The notes: generated by a model not told the origin, from the letters alone. A DNA stretch of 64,000 bases from a bacterium (GCA_021849125.1 JAJZTG010000002.1:76573-140572), one strand, 5' to 3'; positions 9,926-19,758 are shown, counted from the first letter of the stretch. Made by a program: numbers and translations.

Positions 9926-9961
9926 CGCGCGCCGAGGCTTTGCCTCGGCGCGCGTTTTTGG
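9926..9961 (+). terminator. rho-independent terminator after nusA
   Basis: CGCGCGCCGAGGC-TTTG-CCTCGGCGCGCG followed by TTTTTG. Confidence 0.75.
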
Positions 9962-9975
9962 TATTCTCTACCCAT

Positions 9976-10494
9976 ATGAACCTCTTGCACGACATTGACC
10001 CAGGGACGAAAGACGAAATGAACGTCATCATTGAGATCCCAAAACACTCGCACAACAAGTATGAGATCGACAAGAAGACCGGCCTCATCAAGCTCGACCG
10101 CGTGATGCACTCGGCTCAGGACTACCCGTTCGACTACGGCTTCGTGCCGCAGACGCTCTGGGACGACGGTGATGCGCTCGATGTCGTGGTACTTACCACT
10201 TATCCGCTTGCGCCAGGGATCCTTGTCGAAGCTCGCCCGATCGGCATCATGCACATGACCGACGGCGGCGAAGCCGATGAAAAGGTCATCGCGGTCGCTG
10301 CGGGCGACCCGCGCTATGAAGCGGTGCGAGATATCAAGGATGCCAATCAGCATGTCCTCAAGGAGATCGCGCACTTCTTCGCGACCTACAAGCAGATTCA
10401 GAAAAAGGAGGTAATGGTAGGCGAGTTCGAAGGAGTCGAAGCTGCTAAGGATGCCTTCGAGCGCGCACGCAAGCTGTATGGAGACTCAAAATAA
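9976..10494 (+). CDS. ppa: inorganic pyrophosphatase
   Basis: Family I PPase: an Asp-rich active-site region and the Y-P-x-(D/N)-Y-G motif (PFDYGF). Start chosen at MNLLHD. Confidence 0.9.
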   Translation: MNLLHDIDPGTKDEMNVIIEIPKHSHNKYEIDKKTGLIKLDRVMHSAQDYPFDYGFVPQTLWDDGDALDVVVLTTYPLAPGILVEARPIGIMHMTDGGEADEKVIAVAAGDPRYEAVRDIKDANQHVLKEIAHFFATYKQIQKKEVMVGEFEGVEAAKDAFERARKLYGDSK

Positions 10495-10675
10495 CCTCCC
10501 AGTCGAGGGCGAGAAGCTCTTGCCGCCCGGCATTCCGTCGGAAAAGCAGCAGTCGTGGGGCGTGCTTATTTCGATCGTCGTCATCGTGCTTATGATCGTC
10601 ATCGGAGCCTTCTACGCCTGGGGCAAGCGCATCGCGCAGGAAAACGCCCTCATCGCTCCGATTGAAGCCCAATAA
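10478..10675 (+). CDS. small single-pass membrane protein (hypothetical)
   Basis: METQNNLPVEGEK...WGVLISIVVIVLMIVIGAFYAWGKR. It overlaps the ppa stop, and the start inside the track ORF is uncertain. Confidence 0.35.
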   Translation: METQNNLPVEGEKLLPPGIPSEKQQSWGVLISIVVIVLMIVIGAFYAWGKRIAQENALIAPIEAQ

Positions 10676-10688
10676 TCTGTAACGTATT

Positions 10689-11294
10689 TTGCTTATGAAA
10701 CACACCAACCTCCGTGCCTCGATGCTCGTCCCGATGGTGGTCGAGAAGAGCCAGTTCGGTGAGCGCGCTTACGATATCTACTCGCGTCTCCTCAAGGACC
10801 GCATCATCTTCCTCGGTGGTCCGATCGATGACGATGTGGCAAACCTGGTGATCGCGCAGCTTCTCTTCCTCGAGAGCGAGGATCCGAAGAAGGACATCTC
10901 GCTCTACGTGAACAGTCCTGGCGGTTCGGTGACGGCGGGTCTCGCAATCCTCGACACGATGAACCACGTGAAGCCGCACGTCTCGACGGTGTGTGTCGGT
11001 ATCGCAGCGTCCGCAGCCGCCGTCATCCTCTCAGCAGGAGAGAAAGGCAAGCGCTTCGCCCTTCCGAACTCGGAGGTGATGATCCACCAGCCGTGGGGTG
11101 GCGCCGAAGGCCAAGCGACTGACATCGAGATCACAGCAAAGCACATCATCGCGACGCGCGAGCGCCTGAACAAGATGCTCGCGAAGAATACCGGCCAGAC
11201 GCTCGAGAAGATTGCAAAGGATGTCGAGCGCGACTACTACATGACCGCCGACGAGGCGAAGAAGTACGGCATCGTCGACCAGGTGTTTAAGTAG
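10689..11294 (+). CDS. clpP: ATP-dependent Clp protease proteolytic subunit
   Basis: Ser/His/Asp catalytic-triad context ([19 protein letters not shown]). The true start may be the internal MLVPMVVEK at 10722. Confidence 0.9.
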   Translation: MLMKHTNLRASMLVPMVVEKSQFGERAYDIYSRLLKDRIIFLGGPIDDDVANLVIAQLLFLESEDPKKDISLYVNSPGGSVTAGLAILDTMNHVKPHVSTVCVGIAASAAAVILSAGEKGKRFALPNSEVMIHQPWGGAEGQATDIEITAKHIIATRERLNKMLAKNTGQTLEKIAKDVERDYYMTADEAKKYGIVDQVFK

Positions 11295-11326
11295 CAAGCA
11301 TAATTGCCACAGCAGGAAAATAAAAA

Positions 11327-11360
11327 CCGGTGAGCATATGCTCACCGGTTGGCTTTTGCC
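11327..11360 (+). terminator. rho-independent terminator after clpP
   Basis: CCGGTGAGCATATGCTCACCGG followed by TTGGCTTTTG. Confidence 0.7.
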
Positions 11361-11367
11361 GGTACGT

Positions 11368-12111
11368 TTAAATGAAAACGGCGGCATCGTACGGGTGCGA
11401 GGATAAATCGTCGTAATCGGCGATGACATCTTTCCCGTCGACCACTTTGTAGGAGCAAATACGTCTCCCGTATGCAGAATGGCCACTAATACCTGGAACG
11501 TAGTAGCACCAGTCGTTCTTGCATATCGTTCCCCAGAAGAGCACGATGCCGAAGAAGTGTCCGGGGATGTGGTGCGGATTCTTCAAATAGAAATCACGCA
11601 GCGCGATGCCAGGCAACATCTTACCGAGCAAATATTTCGGCAGCAGATGCCTTTTGCTGAGGTTAAGCAACTCATCATCATCGGGGACATCGATGTGAGT
11701 GTTCGGTTTCGTCCGAGGCCGGCCATTTTCAGCATCGTGTTCATACGAACGCGATGCCGAGTATGAAGCAATTCCAAGGGTAAATTCACCAAGAATGAGA
11801 TGATGTGGAATACGTTTGTTCCCGTAGCGAGTACGGTTAAGTACCACCTCCCCTTTGTTGCCCCTCATATCGTCCCTATCCCCCGGTTTCACTAGATTGG
11901 GGCAAATAATCCGCTTCACAGGAACGACTTCAGCATCTCCTCGAAGCACGTCGAGCATCGGCCCGAGAACCCGGGATTTGCCGTCTTTCGTTGTTAACTC
12001 GTTTAGGTGACTGTCGTCCCAGGAACGGCTGGTTCCAAACTGAGCCTCGCTGTTACCAAGGGCTTCTGCGAGCGTATGGGCAAGCCCAACACCTTTCATA
12101 ACTTGTGACAT
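11368..12111 (-). CDS. hypothetical protein (orphan gene on the opposite strand)
   Basis: 247-aa ORF with no family recognised (HHIPGHFFGIVLFWG and a C-terminal Cys/Tyr-rich region). It sits between the clpP terminator and the rny promoter region. Confidence 0.5.
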   Translation of the reverse strand: MSQVMKGVGLAHTLAEALGNSEAQFGTSRSWDDSHLNELTTKDGKSRVLGPMLDVLRGDAEVVPVKRIICPNLVKPGDRDDMRGNKGEVVLNRTRYGNKRIPHHLILGEFTLGIASYSASRSYEHDAENGRPRTKPNTHIDVPDDDELLNLSKRHLLPKYLLGKMLPGIALRDFYLKNPHHIPGHFFGIVLFWGTICKNDWCYYVPGISGHSAYGRRICSYKVVDGKDVIADYDDLSSHPYDAAVFI

Positions 12112-12280
12112 GACAAAGATCTCCTCTGGAATGCGACGATGTCTAAAATTCAGACGGTGTCGCCTGTGAGAGCCTCAAGACATTTGAGATACTCTAACGA
12201 TATCTATTTTACAATAATATACATAAATCACAAGGATGCTGCATCGTGAGTCTAACGCGAATGTGTGGTAGGCTCAGCCC

Positions 12281-13810
12281 ATGTCACTCAAGATCATCCT
12301 TATCCTTTTGGCCCTTTCCGGCATCGGCGGCGTCGCGCTCGGGTACGTCTTGCGTGTGCTTATCGGCCTCGCTCAGCGTGGCTCCGTCGAGCTCGATACC
12401 AAGCAGAAGCTTCTGCAAGCGAAGGAGCAAGCGGCCAAGATCATGGCGGATGCCGAGTACCGCAGCGCCGTCATTGAGACAGAACGCCTCGAAGATATCG
12501 AGGAGCGCGAGGATAAAGTCTCGCAGCGCGAAGAACGTGTCGCGACACGCGAGGAGTTCCTCGACGCGCGTCAGCATGACCTCGACGAGAAAGAGTCCGA
12601 TATCCGTGCGCGCGAACAGGAGGCAGCACGTCTGAAGAAAGAAGCTGAGGAGCTCGCACAGAAGCGCGCGAAGGCGCTCGAGACCGCGTCGCATCTCTCA
12701 AGCGATAAGGCCCGTGAAGAGCTTTTCGCAGAGATCGAAGAAGAGAACGAGAACGCGATCCTCCTGCGCCTCCAGAAGCTTGCGGCAAACGGCCAAGAGC
12801 GTCTCGAAGAGAAGGCGCGCGATATCTTGCTCTCGATCGTCCATCGTCTCGGCAACGCGGTGAATGCGGACGTGATGTCGCTCTCGGTCGTCCTCTCTTC
12901 TCCGGAAGTGAAAGGAAAGATCATCGGCAAAGAGGGCCGCAACATCAAGGCATTCGAGCGTGCTACGGGCGTCGATGTGCTCATCGACGATGTGCCAGAC
13001 CGCATCACCCTTTCTTCTTTCGATCCGCTTCGCCGTACGGTCGCGAAGATTTCGCTTGAAAAGCTCATTGCCGACGGGCGCATCCAGCCGGCGAAGATCG
13101 AGGAGATCGTCGAAAAGACGCAAGGAGAGGTCGCCGAGCTCATCAAGCAGAAGGGCGAAGAGGCTGCCTATGAGGCGGGCGTCGTCGGGCTCGACCCGAA
13201 ACTCATTGCCCTTCTCGGCCGCCTTCATTTCCGTACGAGCTTCGGCCAGAACACGCTCCAGCACTCGATCGAGATGGCGCACCTGGCGGGCATGCTCGCG
13301 ACCGAGCTTGATGCTGACGCAGGCGTTGCGCGCGCCGGCGCCCTGCTTCACGACATCGGCAAGGCGGTGGACCATGAGGTACAGGGTACGCACGTGGAGA
13401 TCGGCCGCCGCATTCTCGAGAAGTTCGGTGTCGACGAGCGTGTCATCAAAGCGATGCAGTCGCATCATGAGGAGTATACGTACGAGACGCCGGAGTCTGT
13501 CATCGTGCAGGTTGCGGATGCCCTTTCGGCCGGTCGCCCGGGCGCACGCCGCGACACGGTGGATCGCTATCTTGAGCGCTTGGGCGACCTCGAACGTCTC
13601 GCAGCTACCTTCGAAGGTGTCGAGAAGGCCTACGCGATCGCTGCAGGCCGTGAAATCCGCGTCTTCGTGAACCCGGGCAAGGTCTCGGACGTCGCGATGC
13701 ACAAGCTCGCGCGCGATATCGCCAAGCGCGTCCAGGATGAGCTCAAGTATCCGGGCGAGATCAAGGTGGACGTAATCCGCGAAAACCGCGTCGTCGAGTT
13801 CGCCCGATAG
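12281..13810 (+). CDS. rny: ribonuclease Y
   Basis: N-terminal TM helix, a coiled coil, a KH domain (KGKIIGKEGRNIKAFE) and an HD domain (LLHDIGKAVDHE). Confidence 0.9.
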   Translation: MSLKIILILLALSGIGGVALGYVLRVLIGLAQRGSVELDTKQKLLQAKEQAAKIMADAEYRSAVIETERLEDIEEREDKVSQREERVATREEFLDARQHDLDEKESDIRAREQEAARLKKEAEELAQKRAKALETASHLSSDKAREELFAEIEEENENAILLRLQKLAANGQERLEEKARDILLSIVHRLGNAVNADVMSLSVVLSSPEVKGKIIGKEGRNIKAFERATGVDVLIDDVPDRITLSSFDPLRRTVAKISLEKLIADGRIQPAKIEEIVEKTQGEVAELIKQKGEEAAYEAGVVGLDPKLIALLGRLHFRTSFGQNTLQHSIEMAHLAGMLATELDADAGVARAGALLHDIGKAVDHEVQGTHVEIGRRILEKFGVDERVIKAMQSHHEEYTYETPESVIVQVADALSAGRPGARRDTVDRYLERLGDLERLAATFEGVEKAYAIAAGREIRVFVNPGKVSDVAMHKLARDIAKRVQDELKYPGEIKVDVIRENRVVEFAR

Positions 13811-13928
13811 GATTTCACGCTATCCCCCGCGTTTGTACAGCCCTATTGCGCAATATGGCTCATTTCCTATACTTTATGGCATCCCGGCTCCTGCTTGTGG
13901 TGCCTGGTTTACCAGCTAGCAGAAACTC

Positions 13929-14201
13929 ATGAACAAAGCAGAAATTGTCGACAAGGTGCATGGCGTTCTCGGCTCGACCAAGGCCGACGCAGAGCGTGCA
14001 GTTGAAACCGTCATCGATTCGATCGTCTCCACGCTCGCTTCAGGTGATGAGGTCTCGATCGCAGGTCTCGGTATCTTCGCGACGAAAGCACGCCCGGCAC
14101 GCGAAGGTCGCAACCCGCGTACGGGTGAGACGATTCGTATTCCGGCAACGCGTACCGCGAAGTTTCGCCCCGCAAAGGCACTCAAGGACGCGGTCAAATA
14201 G
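13929..14201 (+). CDS. hup: DNA-binding protein HU
   Basis: 90 aa, MNKAEIVDKV...GFGTF-like arm region RNPRTGETIRIPATRTAKFRPAKALKDAV. Confidence 0.9.
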   Translation: MNKAEIVDKVHGVLGSTKADAERAVETVIDSIVSTLASGDEVSIAGLGIFATKARPAREGRNPRTGETIRIPATRTAKFRPAKALKDAVK

Positions 14202-14213
14202 TCCGCATGAAAT

Positions 14214-14246
14214 AAAAAACGGCGCTCTTGAGCGCCGTTTTTTATT
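14214..14246. terminator. bidirectional rho-independent terminator shared by hup (+) and the membrane protein gene (-)
   Basis: AAAAAAC-GGCGCTCTTGAGCGCC-GTTTTTTATTT. Confidence 0.7.
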
Positions 14247-14247
14247 T

Positions 14248-14973
14248 CTATATCGGTTCGACTCCGGAGAGATCGTGGTACACCGCACGACTGGGCCGGG
14301 GCAGTTTCGCGAAGAGGACGCCCGAGAGGACATAGAAGAGCATGTGGAGCAGGATCGAATACACGATGCCGTTCGGCACGAAGATGATGAAGAACGTGAA
14401 AGCGAAGCCGCCGAGCGCTGCGTACGTCGTGTAATAGATACCCCAGAAGGTGCCGGACGAACGGAAAAGGTAGGCATGCGCAGCAGCGAAGAGCGCGACG
14501 AAGGTGATGACGATCTCCGGATATGAAACCCCACCCGCAGCGAGCGTGAGGATCATCGCGCCGGCGATAAGCTGCTGAAAGACGACATCGCCGATCTTCG
14601 CGAGGATGTAGCGTTCGCCCAAGGTAAGCATCCCCTGCCCTGGATAGAAGGCCGCGAGCCATTCCGGGTTCCCGCTTTGTTTGCGTGTGACGTGATAAAG
14701 GCCGGGAAAGATAACCAGCATCACGAAAGCGAGAAACAGGTAGTCGATGAGCGTCACATGCATGAAAAGTTCGTGCACCTGAGCCGGAAAGAGGTAGACA
14801 ACCAGGAACGCCCACGCGGTGAAGTAAAAAAGCGAGCGTACCGGCGCATGCTCGAAGGTGAGCTTGAAGTGTTTCTCAAAAAGACTTACGTGTATGAGGC
14901 GCACCGCGGTCGAGATGACGGCAAGAACGACGATCGGCGCGAACAACGCAAAGGTTGCGGAGGAGATTTCCAT
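14248..14973 (-). CDS. polytopic membrane protein (hypothetical)
   Basis: 241 aa with about 7 hydrophobic helices. No family assigned. Confidence 0.6.
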   Translation of the reverse strand: MEISSATFALFAPIVVLAVISTAVRLIHVSLFEKHFKLTFEHAPVRSLFYFTAWAFLVVYLFPAQVHELFMHVTLIDYLFLAFVMLVIFPGLYHVTRKQSGNPEWLAAFYPGQGMLTLGERYILAKIGDVVFQQLIAGAMILTLAAGGVSYPEIVITFVALFAAAHAYLFRSSGTFWGIYYTTYAALGGFAFTFFIIFVPNGIVYSILLHMLFYVLSGVLFAKLPRPSRAVYHDLSGVEPI

Positions 14974-15002
14974 GCCCCGAGCATACCATGCTCGTGTGGC
15001 AA

Positions 15003-16130
15003 CTATTTCAAGTATTTCTTCCCTTTCAGTTTCTCGGGGAGGTGGCTCTCAGTGTCGTAGAGTTCGTAGCCTCCGTGGTAGCCCAAGTCTTTCATGAGCT
15101 TGGTCGGCGCGTTCCGGATCTTTTTCGGAATAGGCAGATTGCCGAACTTTGCGACGTCCGCTTGCGCAGCGCGCAGCGCGTTGTAGCTCGCGCGACTCTT
15201 TTTCGCCTCGGCGAGGTACGCGACGCCGTGGGCTAGGTTGATCGCGCACTCGGGGTAGCCGATCGTCTCACAGGCGCGGAAGACCGCGTTTGCGACCACG
15301 AGCGCGGTCGGCTGAGCGAGTCCCACGTCTTCGCTCGCGAATACCACCATTCTCCGTGCGATGAAGAGCGGATCCTCCCCTGCTTCGACCATGCGCGCTA
15401 GGTAGTAGAGTGCGGCATCGCTCTGTGAAGCGCGCATGCTTTTGATGAAAGCGGAGATGGTATCGAAATGTTCTTCTCCTTTCTTGTCGTAGCGCAGGTG
15501 CGGCGATTCGAGCGCCTTGTCCAAGGTGTCGATTGAGACTTCGCCATAGAGACTCTGGGCCCCTTCAAGCATACCGATCGCTTTGCGCGCGTCTCCCTGC
15601 GCGTAGCCCAAGAGCCATTCGAAGGCGTCCTTCCCTACTTTGAGCTTCGTGCGCTTAACGATCTTCTTCAGCGCCTCTTCGCTCAAAGGCTCGAGCACGA
15701 AGACTCTAGCGCGCGAAAGGAGCGCCGGAATGATCTCAAAAGACGGGTTCTCGGTGGTGGCACCGATGAGCGTGATCTCGCCATTCTCGACGTGCGGCAA
15801 GAGGAAGTCCTGCTGCGCTTTATTGAAACGGTGGATCTCGTCGAGGAAGAGCACCTTCGGCTTCCCTTCCGTGTCGGTGTCGATCACCATACGCACGTCG
15901 TCTTTCCCTGCAGACACGGCCGAGAGCTCGAAGAGTGATGCATCGAGCGCATGCGCATAGATGCGTGCGATAGTAGTCTTCCCGGTCCCGGGCGGCCCCC
16001 AGAGGACGAAGGAGAAGCGGTGCTTCTTCTCTATGGCGACGCGAAGCGGCTTCCCTTCGCCGATAAGGTGCTCCTGCCCGACGACGTCGGAGAGTTTCGT
16101 AGGCCTGATCCGTGCAGCCAAGGGTCCCAT
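15003..16130 (-). CDS. rarA: replication-associated recombination protein A (AAA+ ATPase RarA/MgsA)
   Basis: GPPGTGKTT Walker A and the canonical N-terminus [22 protein letters not shown]. Start chosen at 16130; the track ORF extends to 16250. Confidence 0.85.
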   Translation of the reverse strand: MGPLAARIRPTKLSDVVGQEHLIGEGKPLRVAIEKKHRFSFVLWGPPGTGKTTIARIYAHALDASLFELSAVSAGKDDVRMVIDTDTEGKPKVLFLDEIHRFNKAQQDFLLPHVENGEITLIGATTENPSFEIIPALLSRARVFVLEPLSEEALKKIVKRTKLKVGKDAFEWLLGYAQGDARKAIGMLEGAQSLYGEVSIDTLDKALESPHLRYDKKGEEHFDTISAFIKSMRASQSDAALYYLARMVEAGEDPLFIARRMVVFASEDVGLAQPTALVVANAVFRACETIGYPECAINLAHGVAYLAEAKKSRASYNALRAAQADVAKFGNLPIPKKIRNAPTKLMKDLGYHGGYELYDTESHLPEKLKGKKYLK

Positions 16131-16271
16131 GCCACCATGGTACTCCCCTTTCGTGTTTTGTGCGGGATAGGAGAATCGGACTCCTGCTCTCAGTTTGGAA
16201 AACTGATGTTCTACCATTAAACTAATCCCGCTTCGTGGCAAGAATACCATTTTTGCGCTAGCGTATAAACA

Positions 16272-17447
16272 ATGCCGAATTTCCTACTCTCCATAGGCTT
16301 GGCACTCGTCGCTTTCTTGGGTGCGCTCATGGCGCTCTGGCCTAAACCTACTGCGCCAGTCGAGACGCCTGTGCAAGCGACCTCGACGGTCGCGGTAATT
16401 CCTGTTGTCCCACCTGTAGCGCCTGCCCCCGCTTCTCCTGAGGTCGTGCCGGACGCTGAGTCGAAGCAGGAAGAGACGATCACACCCAAAACAGCTCCCG
16501 CCACTGAGCCTGTAAAGACTCCCGCACCGAAAAAGCCTACGGCACCTACCACGCCGACAGAAACTCCGGTCGCGACCACGACTGTACCAGAGCCTCAACC
16601 GCTCCCTTCTTCCGGCAATGCATCATTCGATACGGCTGCGGCGCATTTGCGCGATGCGCTCGTGAATATCGTCTGCTACGTACCGGCGGGCAGCGGCCTG
16701 CATTCGATTTCCGGTAGCGGCGTTTTCGTCGACACCAAGGGCATCATCATCACCAACGCGCATATCGCGCAGTACTTCCTTCTCGGTGACCGGGGTGCAT
16801 CTTGTACCGTTCGGACAGGGACGCCTGCGCAGAGTCGCTACAAGGCGGCGCTTATCTATATCTCCCCTCCCTGGCTGCAGGCGAATGCGAAAGTGCTTAC
16901 TCAAGCACTTCCCATGGGAACGGGCGAGTTTGACTTCGCGTTTATCGCGGTGACGGGAAGTGCGACGAAAGATCCGCTTCCTGTCTCGTTCCCAGCGATG
17001 CCTATCGCTTCATTGCCGCCTGCAGCCGGCACGTCAGTCGTCATCGGTTCCTATGGCGCGCAGTTCTTGCAGGCGAGTCAGATCGAGTCCGCGCTCTTCC
17101 CGACGATCGTCTTCGGTTCGGTGAAGGATGTCTTCACGTTCGATACCAATACGATCGACGTATTTTCGCTCGGCGGCTCGGCTGCCGCGCAAGAGGGTTC
17201 TTCCGGTGGCGGTGTCGTCGATATCAACGGCTCGCTTATCGGTACGATCACCACGAGTACCGTCCAAGGCTCGACAGATACGCGTACCCTTAGTGCGATC
17301 AGTTCCTCTTACATCCGCTCTGAGTATGCGCGCGAAACAGGCTCGCTCATCGACGCTCTTTTCGCACAGCCGACCTCGGTATCGGTCCAATCGTTCTCGA
17401 TGCGCATCCCCACGCTCGAGTCGATCATCACCGCGCAGCTGAATTAG
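16272..17447 (+). CDS. membrane-anchored trypsin-like serine protease (S1 family, no PDZ domain)
   Basis: N-terminal TM helix and a Pro/Thr-rich linker. Catalytic motifs TNAHI and GSSGGGVV. Confidence 0.8.
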   Translation: MPNFLLSIGLALVAFLGALMALWPKPTAPVETPVQATSTVAVIPVVPPVAPAPASPEVVPDAESKQEETITPKTAPATEPVKTPAPKKPTAPTTPTETPVATTTVPEPQPLPSSGNASFDTAAAHLRDALVNIVCYVPAGSGLHSISGSGVFVDTKGIIITNAHIAQYFLLGDRGASCTVRTGTPAQSRYKAALIYISPPWLQANAKVLTQALPMGTGEFDFAFIAVTGSATKDPLPVSFPAMPIASLPPAAGTSVVIGSYGAQFLQASQIESALFPTIVFGSVKDVFTFDTNTIDVFSLGGSAAAQEGSSGGGVVDINGSLIGTITTSTVQGSTDTRTLSAISSSYIRSEYARETGSLIDALFAQPTSVSVQSFSMRIPTLESIITAQLN

Positions 17448-17471
17448 TCTGCGCGCCAAAAAGAATCGGTC

Positions 17472-18479
17472 TTACGCGACGGTTACGTTTTCTGCCCTGA
17501 AGAGATCGAGCAGGGCGAGATTGATAGCCTGGCGGCGGTCCATGTAGGTTTCGTAATCGCTGTTGGTGACAAGATATACGAGTTCGAAAAGAATCGCGGA
17601 ACTATTGAATCCAGAGACATGCACGCGCTCGACACGGATGTCGGGTATATGCTCGATCGCGCTACGGATCTTCTCCGGGAGCATAGCGACCGCTTCTCGT
17701 GCCGTCGCATGCGCGATACCGAAATTCATCACGACCCGTCGCTCGCGCATCCGTTTGAAGTTCTGAATGCGTGCGGTGGTCAGCTCCTTGTTCGAGAGGA
17801 CGATCTCTTCGCCTTGGAGGGCGATGAGTCGTGTCGTCTTGATCCCGACCCTCGATACGGTGCCCATCTTGTCGCCGACGACGATGAAGTCCCCTATCTC
17901 AAACGGCTTATCCAGGAAGATCGCAAAGGAGCTGAAGAGATCAGCAAGGATATTCTGAAGCGCAAAAGCTATCGCGATGCCTCCGATGCCGAGCCCGGCA
18001 AGAAGTGATGAGACATTGATGCCAAGGTTTGAGAGGAGGAGCAAGAGAGCGACAATCCAGAGCACCCCCTTCCCGATCCCGGCGAGGACGCCGCGCGCGC
18101 GTCGCTCATCGTCGGTCGTAGCGCTGGCGGTCACGAGCAGGTCAAGCGCGACGCTTCCGGCATGGACCGCTTGATAGAGTACCCATCCGAAAAATATCGC
18201 ATTCAGAGCGACGTCAATGAGAGACGGCAGCACGAGGCTCTTCAGTCCTAGGTACAGGGAAAGAAACCAGTAGAAAGACGGATGAATGCTTTTGAGCATC
18301 TTCACGACCGCGTCATCGATACGCGTCTTCGAGCGCAGCGCAGCTTCCTCGAGGCGACGCAGGACACGATGCTCAAGGATCGAGAATACGATGAGGCCGA
18401 CCGCGAGTATAAGGAGTGCCGTCAGATACCCGGAAACAGGATTTCCGAAAAGCACGAGCTGATAGATTTCGTTCGTCAT
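17472..18479 (-). CDS. mscS: mechanosensitive ion channel, MscS family
   Basis: TM helices and an MscS beta-domain (GDFIVVGDKMGTVSRVGIKTTRLIALQGEEIVLSN). Confidence 0.85.
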   Translation of the reverse strand: MTNEIYQLVLFGNPVSGYLTALLILAVGLIVFSILEHRVLRRLEEAALRSKTRIDDAVVKMLKSIHPSFYWFLSLYLGLKSLVLPSLIDVALNAIFFGWVLYQAVHAGSVALDLLVTASATTDDERRARGVLAGIGKGVLWIVALLLLLSNLGINVSSLLAGLGIGGIAIAFALQNILADLFSSFAIFLDKPFEIGDFIVVGDKMGTVSRVGIKTTRLIALQGEEIVLSNKELTTARIQNFKRMRERRVVMNFGIAHATAREAVAMLPEKIRSAIEHIPDIRVERVHVSGFNSSAILFELVYLVTNSDYETYMDRRQAINLALLDLFRAENVTVA

Positions 18480-18573
18480 GATTTTCAGTGTAGGCGATTA
18501 CGTTTTCATCGCAAGTCTGTAATGCAAGTCGGCGCAGGCATGCTGCTTGCGTCCTCACTCCACTTCGTTACGT

Positions 18574-18644
18574 TCGGGCTGCTGGGAATCGAACCCAGTC
18601 AACATCCTCCCAAAGGATGCGTACTACCGGTATACGACAGCCCG
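18574..18644 (-). tRNA. tRNA-Pro (anticodon TGG), no encoded CCA
   Basis: Hand-folded cloverleaf: acceptor CGGGCTG/CAGCCCG, anticodon stem CATCC/GGATG with loop TTTGGGA, T-arm CTGGG-TTCGATT-CCCAG. Confidence 0.75.
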
Positions 18645-18741
18645 TTTTGTAGGAAAAGTATACATGTCTTCCTGTATGCTTTCTCCGGAAAAACGAGGAT
18701 GCAAGCTCTGCTTACAGCCCGTTCTTTGCACTCTAGCAGGT

Positions 18742-19140
18742 TTAGACAATTTGAGGGAGGTATCGCACGAGCGCCCGCCCGTCTCGCCGGCGGAGCCACA
18801 CGAGGCATCCGTCTACCTGCCACTCCCCTTCCCAGTCATTCTCAAGGACATACCACTCTCCGGTCCGAGCGACTTTCCGCACCTTGGCTTCATGGAGGTT
18901 AAGCGACGGATCATCATAGGCATCATGCGATCGAGCGGTCTCTGGAAACTCGTCGACCACGATGGTCTTCACTTCGACGATGTGGAGGGTTTCTCCATGG
19001 CTCGCGACCAGATCAAGCTCCCCTGTTTTCCGTGCCACATTGCGATCGCGGAGCGTAAAACCGTGCCGTTTCAGGTACTCGGCAGCAACACTTTCCCCCA
19101 GATTTCCTATCTCTTTCCTCGTCTTAGAAGAAATGTCCAC
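18742..19140 (-). CDS. yraN: UPF0102 / YraN family putative endonuclease
   Basis: GESVAAEYLKRHGFTLRDRNVARKTGELDLVASHGETLHIVEVK matches the YraN signature. Confidence 0.8.
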   Translation of the reverse strand: MDISSKTRKEIGNLGESVAAEYLKRHGFTLRDRNVARKTGELDLVASHGETLHIVEVKTIVVDEFPETARSHDAYDDPSLNLHEAKVRKVARTGEWYVLENDWEGEWQVDGCLVWLRRRDGRALVRYLPQIV

Positions 19141-19289
19141 GGCTTTTATAAAAATGGCTTATTTACTATCTATATTTTAGGACCGTAGGATTTTTCCTTT
19201 CTCAGACAAAAGTCCTTTATCCACAATATTAACACGTTTATCCACCACACTTTTGACGTCTTTAAAAGTCTATTTCGCTCCTCGGTCCA

Positions 19290-19515
19290 AACGAAAAGAA
19301 GCCCCAAATCAGGGCTTCTTTTCTTGACTGCCTCACTCGGTGCGGGTACCGAAATGCCGGTACCCGACACCTCGTTCGGCGTAAAAGGAAAACACGAGTT
19401 TCCTCGTGCTTTCCTTTTAGCCTCACTCGGTGCGGGTAAGCAGGAAGCTTGCCCGCTACTTCGCTCGCCGAAACGAAAAAGGAGCAAAAGCTCCTTTTTC
19501 GTTTATCTCGCTCAG
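19290..19515 (-). repeat. three tandem units downstream of tRNA-Gly, each a stem-loop ending in the tRNA acceptor 3' sequence ACCCGCA plus an 11-12-nt flank, and each followed by a terminator hairpin
   Basis: The 18-mer CCTCACTCGGTGCGGGTA occurs twice, and TCTCGCTCAGTGCGGGTA occurs at the genuine tRNA-Gly 3' end. Each copy is paired with an upstream complementary arm. The three terminator hairpins are GAAAAGAAGCCC...GGGCTTCTTTTC, AAAGGAAAACACGAG...CTCGTGCTTTCCTTT and AACGAAAAAGGAGC-AAAA-GCTCCTTTTTCGTT. Confidence 0.5.
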
Positions 19516-19586
19516 TGCGGGTAGGGAGAATCGAACTCCCGTCTCGTCCTTGGCAAGGACGCATTCTACCACTAAACCATACCCGC
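19516..19586 (-). tRNA. tRNA-Gly (anticodon GCC), no encoded CCA
   Basis: GCGGGTATGGTTTAGTGGTAGAATGCGTCCTTGCCAAGGACGAGACGGGAGTTCGATTCTCCCTACCCGCA is a canonical cloverleaf. Confidence 0.85.
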
Positions 19587-19625
19587 GTTTCTGCATACTA
19601 GCATATGCTCCCCCACCTTTTCTAG

Positions 19626-19697
19626 TGCCCCGGCCAGGACTCGAACCTAGAACGACAGTTCCGAAGACTGTTGTGATATCCATTTCACCACCGGGGC
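19626..19697 (-). tRNA. tRNA-Arg (anticodon TCG), no encoded CCA
   Basis: GCCCCGGTGGTGAAATGGATATCACAACAGTCTTCGGAACTGTCGTTCTAGGTTCGAGTCCTGGCCGGGGCA. Confidence 0.8.
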
Positions 19698-19758
19698 GAT
19701 ATCTGCATAGTACGGTACAGCCAGCAAAAAGCTAGGTTGCCTGTGGTACGATGCGGCT

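Noticed and set aside
8515-10374. 619-aa minus-strand ORF
   Set aside because: Antisense to nusA and ppa, which are confidently identified. R/D/L/E-rich composition typical of GC-rich antisense frames.
12698-13702. 334-aa minus-strand ORF
   Set aside because: Antisense to rny.
18282-19188. Plus-strand ORFs (206 aa and 213 aa) across the tRNA-Pro and yraN region
   Set aside because: They overlap a well-folded tRNA and the YraN gene. No coding signal.
19290-19515. Interpreting the tRNA-like repeats as prophage attL/attR
   Set aside because: No integrase or phage genes are adjacent. The repeats conserve the 3' flank and acceptor rather than the T-arm to 3' end, and three terminators are interleaved. 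Retained as an unexplained repeat rather than called an integrated element.
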